A stretch of DNA of 64,000 nt. Source: Saccostrea cucullata. Taxonomy: Eukaryota. Made by a program: the position numbers and the translations under genes. Positions 54,301 through 64,000 of this stretch are shown here, piece by piece. The notes beneath the pieces were generated by a model, which searched no databases, had not been told where the DNA came from, and saw nothing but the letters and a program-made list of their open reading frames with translations. The stretch covers positions 62,001 to 126,000 of the forward strand of contig NW_026926657.1 in assembly GCF_032062105.1 (NCBI RefSeq), in the 5' to 3' direction. Position 1 is the stretch's first letter; each line of letters starts with the position of its first letter.

Positions 54301-54592
54301 TGTTTATCAAGTGGAGCCAAGAGATGGGACAGCAGACACACGCATAGTAAACCGCGTGAACATCAATCCTAAAACAGGGCCATCGAACATTGATCAGAAG
54401 CCAAAGGCGCCCCAAGAGAACGAAACAACAGTTAGAAAAGAATCGGACGAAAGGTCGTTGGATGAAGACTCATCAGACGAGGATTACGAGATTGTAATGA
54501 AAGGGTCATCGCCACTTCGCAGATCTGGTCGTTCTACAGCCGGACAACACACAAATCCCAACAGGCTGCCACGTTCAGTGATTAGAACCTAA
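51332..54592 (+). CDS. pol: Gypsy Pol: reverse transcriptase, RNase H, integrase (no protease)
   Basis: Uninterrupted 1086-codon frame. RT RLCVDYRKLN, MPFGLCN, YLDD; RNase H ETDASLNGLGAVL, ELLAV; integrase H-x4-H...C-x2-C, DF, SDQG, CERFNRT. Confidence 0.95.
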   Translation: MKKNSRVALVSECDVDTAPRAKAEFLSTGVREETVVLHDDITGDSPAFDASSLVPENMECTSEERQKILDLFSRNSDVFVKNDLDVGCAETVRHRINLTDGESISMPYRRIPPNQYQEVKNHIQKLLEKDIIQPSKSPYAAPIVIARKKDNTIRLCVDYRKLNHRTIRDAFPLPRIEESLDALHGSTLFSTMDLASGFHQIAMHPEDQHKTAFSTPFGLYEYRRMPFGLCNSPASFQRLMQQIFSDTVFQILLVYLDDIVVYSRTLDEHLQRLDLVFAKLREHGLKLNPRKCHFFQQEVQYLGYTVSKEGISASEDKVKVVKDWPLPKTLKELRGFLGFSSYYRRFVSKYAHTAKPLYGLIATFNRNNPQKTNGQLKHLWTPECSTAFNTLKDKLTSTDVLGFADYSKPFVLETDASLNGLGAVLMQEQEGKRRVIAYASRTLRPTERNDSNYSSAKLELLAVKWAVTEKFKDYLWGSTFEILTDNNPISYLQTSAKLGATEQRWAMQLAQYNFTIKYRPGKENTAADALSRISRCDSISSIVPNTCSALTCEIRVKALASAIEGCEDRAMTLHPTAVCSSVFSFPSYDLEDIIKMQSQDPVISSFMKYFLIGQKPSKKEREGETRIVIDMLRQWERMVLRQGHLYRRVNDPQQGQLQQLVLPKCLQDQIMTQLHKQSGHQGVDRTVSLVRSRFYWTGMYADISEYCKSCERCNSAKLPHLRMRLPMNHLLATKPNEIVAMDFTLLEKSSDGRENVLVLTDVFSKFSIAIPTRDQTAVTTAKVLMREWFMKYGVPERIHSDQGRNFEGSLIAELCKMYKVKKTRTTPYYPQGNGQCERFNRTLHDLLRSLTPREKRHWPDQLPELLFVYNSTVHSSTGFTPFYLFLGRNPRLPVDSMLLFEEEGEEDEVNLHEFVEQHAQRLKTAYEKAGEKLRAKAKDREGDREEMATHDLPIGTIVLLRNRVLGRNKIQDAWGSKEYMVVKRVDPDRYVYQVEPRDGTADTRIVNRVNINPKTGPSNIDQKPKAPQENETTVRKESDERSLDEDSSDEDYEIVMKGSSPLRRSGRSTAGQHTNPNRLPRSVIRT

Positions 54593-54870
54593 TTTTGTGT
54601 ACAAGTCATTTTCGAGATGTATACTGACTGTATTTTTTAGTTATCTAGAGTTTGTTTATTTTTTGATTAGTAAGACAATTACAGTTAATTGTTAGGTTGT
54701 GATGTTTAAGATTGTATTTTTCATAAGTTTTTCTGTTACAACATACATTTAAAATAACTGCCAATGTTTCTATGCTCGTATTAATATGTGGTGTATTTTT
54801 TACAAATTCTTGTTTATATAAGGCCGTTTTTCCTGTAACAAGGGCCGTTACATGGTTAAGCAGGGGAGAA

Positions 54871-55897
54871 TGTAGTAGAGTGCGCCGGAACATATTTTTC
54901 CGTCAGTCCGGGCTTTAATTTTAGGCATTGTAAAAGAGTTCCCCTCACATGGCAGGTGTTGTCAGATGTTCCTTACTGCCGATTTAGCCACATGTTAGGT
55001 AGGTTCTACTTGATGATTTATATCTTAGTATGTTCTAGACTAAAGTAGTTATGTATATCCTCTGTTTGATTAGCTGTCTTAGTTTATAACATAGAAATAG
55101 GTTGCATAGTTAGTCTTTGTTTACAGTGTCAGTTTGTATTCCCGCCATTATGAATTCTTTTGTTTGGTTGTTACATTATATGTATTAAACTAGTCCCAGA
55201 TAGGTTTTAATGTTATTTGAATAATACTCATTTATAATTCTAAATACCTTGTTGTGATTGGTAGCTCGATTGTGTTATTTAGCAATTATTGCATGTCCTG
55301 TACAATCCGGAATGGTCAATTCTAATGTATAATCAGACCATGTTAGGTATATCCGGAAAGGCGCAATATTTGAGATCACTCGTAGCCACTCTCTCAAAAG
55401 TCATCGTAAGTTATCAATGAGAAATGTTTGTACTTGTGGATTTCTAGTCAAAGGTCTTGCTAGTCATAGTTACATGGATGATGTACTGTGTTTTTATTAT
55501 TAATTAATAATATTTTGTTAGGAATCAAAACACTTAGGGCTGTACTATACTTTAACTAACATAACAGTAAGCTGAAGTAGCATATGTATTTATGTAGATT
55601 TACTTATACTTATCTTAAGGATATGTAAGTTAAGTCTGTTTATATACCAAATTAATTATAGATCATATGCACCATAGTACATGTGCCATCTAGGGTAGAG
55701 CCCCCTATAATATTTCTTATTTGTATCTTACATGACACCACTATTTGTTCACTCCATTGTTCTCTGCATGTTATTTTATGATTAAGTGCAGTCATATGTG
55801 TACAACTTGCTGTTCTTTCTGTTGCAGGTTTCCATGTACACTGCCACCTTTTTTTTTGCATTAATAAAATTATGAAACCTGAACCAACTCGTCCACA
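54871..55897 (+). repeat. 3' LTR (1027 bp)
   Basis: Direct repeat of 50183-51208, preceded by the PPT and followed by the TSD. Confidence 0.95.
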
Positions 55898-58159
55898 TTT
55901 ATATAGTTGTAAATTCTCTTTGTGCATTTTTCATAGTGAAAAATATTTTCAAAATAAAACGGTAAATTAGGCTGACAATGTTTTCTCAAGTTCATTCTAT
56001 CTATTGACATATTCTTTAAAAATTTAGAAATAGCAGAAATAGTACTATTATACTGCATTACGCATACATTGGAAATGTGTAAATCTGAATTTGATTAAGT
56101 TGTGATCATAGCCCTCTGGACAAGGGTTGGACCATGATATTGTGTCAACATTTTACATAGGAATATTAGTATTTTTGGGGAAAATCTTTCAAACATTTTC
56201 TTTTCTAAAGAACAAAAAAGGACTGTACTCAGATAACTGTGGCCCATGGTCCTCCGGTACTCTTACTCAATATATCTATTTTTCTAGCATAATTTTGTGA
56301 TGTGATAATCTATTTTCTGCTGAATCAATTAATCATAATTATAGATACCAGTATTTGATTTACAGAGATTGAGAAATTACCTAGTTTGTAAAGATTATAT
56401 TTAAAGATGATGCTGTTAAGAATTAATGGACAAAGATATTTTGTTCTTGTTTATTTCACTATTTGTTTTGTGCTAGTGCTTGTTGATTTCCTTTATTCTT
56501 TGTAAATTTTTGGACTAGAAAAATACAGTACATGAAATTACTTGTGAAGTTTTCTATGGCTAAATTTTAATTTTTTTAGATCATCTGAGTTACCCAGGTG
56601 TCGTTTTGCTATCATTTGTTGTCTATCGTTGTATATTTTATAAACTTCATGGTTTGTAAACGTTTTAACATTTTCAAATGCTTTTCTTGAACCTCGAAGG
56701 GTTTAAGGATTAAGCATATAAAGTGCTTTTTGCTGATGAGCAAGTGTCCCTCTCAAAAATTTTGAGTTTCATGACCTGTGGGTTAGGAGTTCTGTTGTTT
56801 GGAGAACACACTACAGATCTAGATCAGAAACTAAATATGTGTAATTTTTTTATAGATCTTCTCAGCCCAGGTTATTTAGCATGCAGACAAGGTTTGGTAA
56901 TTGCGTGGTTAAGACGCAGTTTCCAAAAATATGAAATTCATAGCTCCTGCGTCAAGGTTTTGCTGTTATGCGGGTTTTGTTTAACAAATTGTAGAAATGA
57001 CTGAATTCTTTCAAAATGTTGTCTGCTAAAGGGTACTTAAGAAACATATTAAGTGCATGGTACAAATTGACTCCTGAAACACGTGAACATTTTGTCTGCA
57101 GAATCTGTTGAAAAATGATAATTTATTTATACCCATGGGTACATCATCGTCGCGAACCACTGTTTTTGACTCCGCAAGCTTCCTAGTGATGATAGAGAGA
57201 ATCGATGTGAATCACCCTTATTAGGTTACCCACGATGTAGGTACATGTTCTTGAAAGTTCTCAAAAAACAAACAAACTACATCAATTTGTCTTTCCAAAC
57301 CTTTATGACTTGGAGAAATTATTACATGAGTACAGAAATGTCTGAATATAAATTCAGTTCGTGAAGTTGACTTCTAGTTCTATGTATTTTTTTTTTACTT
57401 TGTTTACCTTGTTAATCCCTATTATTTTCAGAATAACGTTTGCACCTTAAAACTAAGAAATACGTCAAAATTTCTTCGTGTAGTAGGTCGATTGTTTATA
57501 AATAGGAGTTCAGCCCTTTCTCCTCTTTCAGATTGTAAGCCACAATTTTCATGCCAGAGGCTATTTTGCATCTCTGCATCGGAGAGACAGCGTACCCCTA
57601 AAATATTTAAAGCATAATTTATTTGTCCTTTAAATATTATATAAAAATTCATTGATATACAGGGAGCAATGACAATGTATTTAAAAATTCACAAGCCAAT
57701 AGAGCACTTTAATCTTCCTTATGTAGGAAGTAAATAAATACAAAACACAATGAATCAGTTATCTTAAGTGTTGTTGATATATGGTTACTGTATTATAGTG
57801 TAATATGGAAAGTATCTGGGGTAAGGACGTCAATCTTCTTTTCTTATTTATTGCAATAGTACAATGTATGATAATATAGGCCCCCTATTAGTTATAATTA
57901 TATGAATATTCACTTAATTGCAATCCTCGGTTTATAGAATTTGATACAATGTTCTGCTGTAAATGTACTGTATAAAAAGATAAGGATTGTATCAAATTCG
58001 TTAACCGGCCTGGCCCCTCCTTCAACAACATCCCTCAACTCAATACTCGGATAATCCTCAGTCCGTTTGGTGAAGGTTGATTGAGGACGTTTTCAGTTAA
58101 GGAAACCGCAAGGGGTTTGAGGTGAATATTAAGACTGAGGTAGTGGAATTTTAGTAACA

Positions 58160-58375
58160 CGGAACCAGGGTGGTCGCTACGTGATCGGGAGGTCCGGGTT
58201 ACATTATTGGGTCTTTCAAATGAGACTTTAAAAGCTAAGGTCCAGTGTCGCGGTACATTTAGGTTATGGGAGGATTAAGAACCCTCACAGTCCAATAGAG
58301 TCTAGTAAAGGGCTAAATGAAGCTCTTCACCCGAATATGGTGACGACTCTATATGACTAAAAATTCTCAAACTCA
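58160..58375 (+). mobile_element. Degenerate SINE
   Basis: Shares atgagac.ttaaaa, aagaaccctcac and ATGGTGACG.CTCTATATGA with 19230-19465. Confidence 0.5.
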
Positions 58376-58384
58376 TATGAAGCA

Positions 58385-60228
58385 AAATTCATCCAAAATC
58401 TTGTTCGCGAAAAGAAGAAAACACTTGCTGTGGCCTTCAACTTAAACTTTACGATCGTCAACTTCCCTTACTTGTGCAGTAATATACCTTCATCACCTAC
58501 ATACAGAGTTTATATATCTCAGTTGATTCGATTCGCAAGAGCATACTCTAGGAATGAACAATTTCTAAAACGCGGTAAATTATTGACAGACAAGTTGACG
58601 AAACAAGAATATCAGCAGTCTCGTTTAAAGTCATCATTTCGTGAGTTCTGTGGTCGATACAATAACATTGTCAGCAAACAGAAATACAAGATTTTACAAA
58701 AATCAAAAGCTTAAAAACTTCATGCTTTTTGATATCATTGACAGTTGCTTTTTCAATATAAATGGAACTCGTAGTTGTTAAAATACATTCTGATTGCACA
58801 CACAAGTACTCTGAAGTTTACATTAAAAAGATGCTTGAGTTTTTGATTGACAATATCTATGTGGTACATGTATTTGGAGACCAGGCCTTCCAACAATCTC
58901 TTTGATTCCTATGGGTAATAATTGCGCTTCGTTATTAGCAGACCTATTTTTGTATCCATTTGAAGCAGAATTTGTGCAAAATCTTATGCTTGAAAAGAAG
59001 AAAACACTTGCTGAGGCCTTCAACTCGACATTTAGATATATCTACGACGTATTGTCAATTAACAATGGTAATTTCCATTCCTATGCCGATACGATATACC
59101 AAGTATCCTGGTGAGCTTGAGATAAAAGATACTACAGAGTCTGACAAATCTGTTTTCTACTTGGATATCTTACCGGAAAAAATACATTAATGGTAATTTA
59201 ACAACGTTAACCAAGCTGTATGATAAACGTGATAACTTTAAATTTTCTATCGTCAACTTCCCTTACTTATGCAGCAATATACTTTGAATTCATGATTTGC
59301 ACACGGAGTTTATACATCCCAGTTGATTTGATACGCATGAGCATGCTCTACGTATGAAAAATTTCGAAAACGCTGTAAATGATTAACAAGTTGATGGAAC
59401 AAGAATATCAGCAGACTCGTTTAAAGTCATCATTTCGTCAAGTTCTAAGAGTCCGTCGGATGGGACGTTAAATGGTGCCCGTGTCAAGGATAAGAACCCC
59501 CTTGGCACGAAAAAGATCGTTTCTCTGGTTTTCGAAAAAGAGTAGGCTCGCTGGGGGCCGCCAGAGAAACCCAAAAATTTAAAAAATGATCATACTTAAT
59601 TTAATCGCCGAAATATGGCGTAAAACAATAATAATCAATCAATCGTTAAGTTCTATGGTCTATACAATAACCTTGTCAGCAAGTACAATTTATCATTGAA
59701 GCAAATGCTGACTGACGTTTTTTCATACTAATTGTTAGTCTATTGTTTTTACAATGAATTGACGACGGATTTTCCCGTTATTTCCAGATCATGACAAGGA
59801 GCACACGGCTGGTGTGACCAGTCGGCAGAGGTTGCTCACTCCTCCCTGAAACCTGATCCCACCTCTGATGTTTTAGAGGTTCTTGTTTGCTCTGCTCCTA
59901 TTTTGAATTGTTTTATGGACTTTTGATCTTGAATGCTGTTACCTATCTCCTTATGTTTCATAATTGAATGAAATGCTGATTGACGTTTTTCATACTAATT
60001 GTTAGTCCATTTTTATACAGTTAATTGACGACGGATTTTCCCTTTATTTCCCGATAATGACAAGGAACACGCGGCATGTCTCACCAGTTTACAGGGGATG
60101 CTCACTTTTTCTTGAAACCTGATCTGATCCCATCTCTGATGTTTTGGAGGTCCGTGTTTGCTCCATCTGCTCCTATTTCGTATTGTCTTATGGACTTAAA
60201 TGTTCTTGAATACTATTCGTTATATCCA
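58385..60228 (+). mobile_element. Degenerate Penelope-like retroelement (RT fragments, tandem 3' ends)
   Basis: Frameshifted RT: IPMGNNCASLLADLFLY, FRYIYDVLS (YIDD position), ELEIKDTTE, YLDI, KLYDKRDNF.FSIVNFPYLCSNI, YISQLIRFARA. The 3' segment is repeated in tandem (~59695-59950, ~59962-60228) and a partial copy lies at 58385-58680. Confidence 0.82.
59448..59642 (+). mobile_element. 5'-truncated SINE inserted in the Penelope element
   Basis: Core GGATGGGACGTTAAA, (AATC)n tail and TSD TCGT(C/T)AAGTTCTA at 59435-59447 and 59643-59655. Confidence 0.75.
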
Positions 60229-60936
60229 TATTATTAACGTAAAACAACATATAACTAAATAATTTTACATTTTGTACAGTATTGTAAAAATTAGAAAAAA
60301 AAAAACAAATTAGCGCCTTTCGGAATCCAAGAACTTATCAATGCCGAACTTTAGCAACTTTTAAATATTAACGTAAGAGAAACTGAATGTAGAATCCAAA
60401 CTATTATTCATGAATGTTACCTTGCAAATGCCCAAAAATAATAATAATTTGGAATTTTACAATATTCATTTTAATTGAAAAAACGTTTGTTTTCAATATC
60501 AGGAAGCCTATCATTTCATCTACCGTGAGATTAAAAAGCGTGAAAATTTTTAATAGGACAATTCTGATTGTTTGCGATAGGAAAATATACGTGTTCTTCA
60601 ACGTTAACGTGAACATGTCTCATCAAGAAATTATGAAATTTGGCATGCTAAATCTACAGTTTAGGTTTCCTGTCCAAGAGCCGTATTTTGTTTAAAATCG
60701 ATATCAAGCGGATCGAAATGAAACTTAAATGCTCTTTAACTTATCATGGTTGTCTTACATACCAAAAATGAGTTCATTTTCTGCAAGCATATAGGAAAAT
60801 AAGCTGAAAAGCTTATACAAATACAGAAACAAGAAGAATAACACTGTCCTTTGGTTTCTTGAGGACTATTAAATTGTCTTTATGTAAACTTTTTTATAAT
60901 ATGAAGCAAAATGTTTTTTCTTCAATTTTCCAATAG

Positions 60937-63659
60937 CTGGCCTTCTGACAAAACTGATGCTGATACGATATATTATAACAGAATGTACGGGGTCCAATGA
61001 ACTGAAAATTAAGTAAGATTTTGTGTCTTTGTGTAACACAATCAAGGAATACATATGTATTTTTCATATTTTTGAGATTTTTTTTATTAATAAAAATAAT
61101 GGAACTAGTTGAAAATTCAAAGTTATTCGGTACTTTATGGATTTTTAGAGAAAATTTTCGTTCAATTATAACTTAACACCATTGGTTGAACAAATCATCA
61201 TGTTTTTCCTCTACAAAATTAAATGAAAATATCAAAAAAATAAAAATAAAATAAAAAGGAGTGATACATAATTCACAGGGATTTCACACAAATTAAATAA
61301 AGTTAGCATGGAATCCCTCATCAAATTGTTTATTTACTACGAAATCTAATTAATTAAACTGTTTTACTGAAGTGTTTTTTGCTTAAAGATGAGGCTTTCC
61401 TGTTGCAGCTTTTGTCAAAACAGTTTAACCAGTGCAACGTCATGTCCCTCCAAATCCGTTGTAAAGTGCTTTGTAGAAACAGAAACAATTGCTAAAGACA
61501 CAGGTTTTTATGTATATTATTGAAACTTCTAGTGTTGCTTATAATTGCATGCCTTTTTAAAAATATATTTATACATGACAAACTTCAAACTCAAACGTGT
61601 TTTTATTACAGGTTTTCAGTGATCAAATACATTTTGAATATATTTGAATAAATTCATTGAAAATTTTACAAAATTTAACTATTAAGTCTCGGTAAAAAAA
61701 GAATTCCTTGTTTTAAAATTTAATGATGTGTTATTGTTCTTAATTATATATAAACAGATGTTGACGTTTTGTTCAGTAATCTACAAAACCGACTAGAACA
61801 AACACAATGCAGATTGAAGACTCAGAGTAATGGAAGTAGGATCATGGATTGCTTCACACTCAGTAATATACTAGTATTTTGGATTTGATTTCAAGTATGA
61901 AATGAAACTTACAGTTAATTCGCACTGAGACTTTTCAAAATCTGATTTTTAAAAAGATAAAAAAAAAATCAAATGATTCACTGAAACATTTTCAGAAAAA
62001 TGAAGTGTTAAATTATTTTTTAAATATGTTTTTCATGAATAAAATTTGCAGTGATATGTTATATGAGACTTGTTTTCCTGGAAATGTGGCACTTTTTATT
62101 TCTTCATGTTCTCTTTAGATGTTCTCTCTATGTCAACTGCAGCTTCCCCACCAAATTGTATTGAAAGTTCAACACCACAGATACAAAATGGTAAAGATTG
62201 ATGATTTTTCACCACGCATTGAAAATATCGAGGAGCTTTTGGCACAAGACACGCAAAATTTTCATGAAGGAGTTGATATATTTTTCTTGCTATTTTCATC
62301 TTTCATTATTTTAATTACCCATCATTGTTCTTAAGATAAATTGTTGAGAATATTTATTTTATTTCAATTTTATTGCATGCAACTTATCAAAGAAGTCTTA
62401 AGAGAAAAACTGGATAAGAGTTTTTAAAAAATGAAAATAAATACTCCATTTTAGAGAACAGAGAAGAGAAGAAGTCCACAGAGATGTATCGTATTTCTAT
62501 AGCTCTGGCAGGCTTTGGTGGTATTGTGTTTGGTGCTGCTGCTGCTATATTTACCATGTCTGCTGTAGCTAAGAGGAAGCAAATCAGAAAGAGAAGGTAG
62601 TTATACAGATGCATATATTTTCTTTAACTTTTCACAGTACAAAGCATAATCAGTAAGTTCTAATTTTTTTTGTGACGAAATATACTTACAATATATATTT
62701 ACTAGTTTAATAGTAATATATTTTTTGACAGGAAGGGGGCCACCTTTATAAATGCTACATACGAACACAATGATATTGTAATTCCCTCTAAAGCATCAGG
62801 GGAATTAAATACAGAACTAAGCGTGAGTATATAAAGGCATACATATCCTTCATATTTCCATATCTATATGTTTTATTTACTGTAAACAACAAGGTTTGAC
62901 TGACAACTAAGTTTTATGACAAACAAGATGATTACAGCCTGTCCTTTGTTAGTTTTCCTTATCTATGTGGTATTGTTACATAACAATCAACATATGTTAT
63001 TTGTCCCTTAATTTTTTCGATATTCAAGATAATGCTAATATGCATGTAGGTAACTGAGCAATAAGTTGATATTTTTGCATCCTGACAACCATGTTTAAAG
63101 TCAGAATTTCGTAAACCACATGATTGTTGTACAATGATCTTATTGACAGATATAGCCAATTATTGTATACATGCATTTTGACTAATATAAATCATACCAA
63201 TATTGGTAAGCTTTTTAAAAAATGAATTTGACTACGATTATTTCCTTAACTTATCTAAACATGGATTTTACGGATGGTGCGCTAATCATAAGTGAATGCT
63301 TATTCCTGTGCAATACTAATAATAATTAGAAATCAGCTGTAAATTTTGAATTTACTACGTGACAGATTATACAAAATTTACAATACAACATAGTTTTATT
63401 TTCCTTTTCTTGCCTTTCCTCTGAAATAATAATTTTTTTTAAAAATATTACTGAACTTTTCTTGATGTACACTTTTGTCAGCCTTCTGACTTAGGAAAAG
63501 ATACTGAGCCAACAAACAGACATGGAAGTCATCTTCCCGCAGTACAACAATAAGGTATACCTTACACAACAAGCCAACAAATTCATCCTTCAAGTTAATG
63601 CAACTTACATGGGACGCAGAGTCTATATGCAAGAAAAGATGGAGGAAGAATTAAAATAG
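60937..63659 (+). CDS. Uncharacterised small single-pass (type I-like) membrane protein, 5' end not determined
   Basis: Phase-compatible GT-AG exons 60937-61012, 61409-61503, 61758-61826, 62119-62190, 62455-62596 (TM ISIALAGFGGIVFGAAAAIFTMSAVA then KRKQIRKRR) and 62732-62822 (FINATY). The last exon is either 63495-63659 or 63482-63553. Confidence 0.55.
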
Positions 63660-64000
63660 GAGAAAGCCTTAGAGGTGGCTCCTATAGGGAAAAAATAAAT
63701 TGAAAAAGGAAGAAAATCAAAAACACTTCGTTTTACAGTATCTTTCTTTATTTCTAAACATTGTGGGGTAAACATTTTGAAATAAGTGAAATAAGTATCA
63801 ATGTTTTTACATCAATATTTTGTACATCTATTTTAAGAGAAATACTTTTCTGAAATGAGCAGGTGACATTTCTTTTTCTCTTTTTCTTTAAATCTTAATG
63901 ATTTGACTATTTTACATAGGGTTATTTGCATCGTGAATAGACTGTAACAAGAATTACGTTAACTTTGTTGTCAAGAAAAGAAATGTTTATTTAACTGGGT

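Larger units (their letters stand above)
50183..55897 (+). mobile_element. Ty3/Gypsy LTR retrotransposon, recent, lacking most of gag and protease
   Basis: LTRs 50183-51208 and 54871-55897 (TGT...ACA); 4-bp TSD TTTA (50179-50182, 55898-55901); PBS-like TGGCGTCGCC at 51211; PPT AAGCAGGGGAGAA at 54858-54870; RT-RNaseH-IN domain order. Confidence 0.96.
49384..56077 (-). mobile_element. 5'-truncated L1/Tx1-type LINE (ORF2 C-terminus with zinc-binding region), split by the Gypsy element
   Basis: TSD TGTAAATCTGAATTT at 49369-49383 and 56078-56092; poly(A) tail seen as the T run to 49398. The protein ...RIYNYIN|KSDIIPT..WLQYRILHRIFP..C..C..(frameshift)ETVLHVF.HC...W joins in frame across the LTR insertion. 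Confidence 0.85.
48990..56260 (+). mobile_element. Degenerate satellite-type Helentron-like element (outermost layer of a nest)
   Basis: The 5' part ttagacatatgagccaaaaactcaagtgaactt (~48994) and the 3' part ctcagataactgtggcccatggtcctcc (~56228-56256) resemble the two termini of the 3334-4510 element in reverse orientation. Confidence 0.45.

Noticed and set aside
57100-57600. Possible upstream exons of the membrane-protein gene
   Set aside because: Acceptor-like sites exist, but the frames contain stops or lack convincing donors.
59695-60228. Hammerhead ribozyme in the Penelope tandem ends
   Set aside because: No CTGANGA...GAAA core with flanking stems could be found by eye.

Overview
This is an AT-rich, intron-containing animal genomic window, most likely from a bivalve (oyster-like: ~166-bp satellite-bearing Helentron-type elements, Penelope and SINE repeats). 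Positions 1-39 kb hold a minus-strand tandem cluster of IFI44/IFI44L-like genes, reconstructed exon by exon. Three are full-length TLDc+GTPase genes (A 1017-5208, B 14601-19848, F 34610-37544). One is an intact short paralog (E 28932-33765) that lacks the TLDc exon, has its own ATG micro-exon and ends in a CaaX motif (CTLS). The other two (D and C, 20884-25594) are a decayed duplicate of the F+E pair. IRF/ISRE-like motifs sit next to several putative first exons. A six-exon Kar5/GEX1/Brambleberry-family nuclear-envelope fusion gene follows on the + strand (43342-47100). Next is a three-level transposon nest: a young Gypsy LTR element lacking gag/protease, inside a 5'-truncated L1/Tx1 LINE, inside a degenerate satellite-bearing Helentron-like element. 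The end of the window has Penelope/SINE remnants and a partial gene for a small single-pass membrane protein. The most notable observation is the long (TLDc) plus short (putatively prenylated, TLDc-less) IFI44 GTPase pair. All gene models come from reading splice sites and frames by hand, with no transcript or database evidence.
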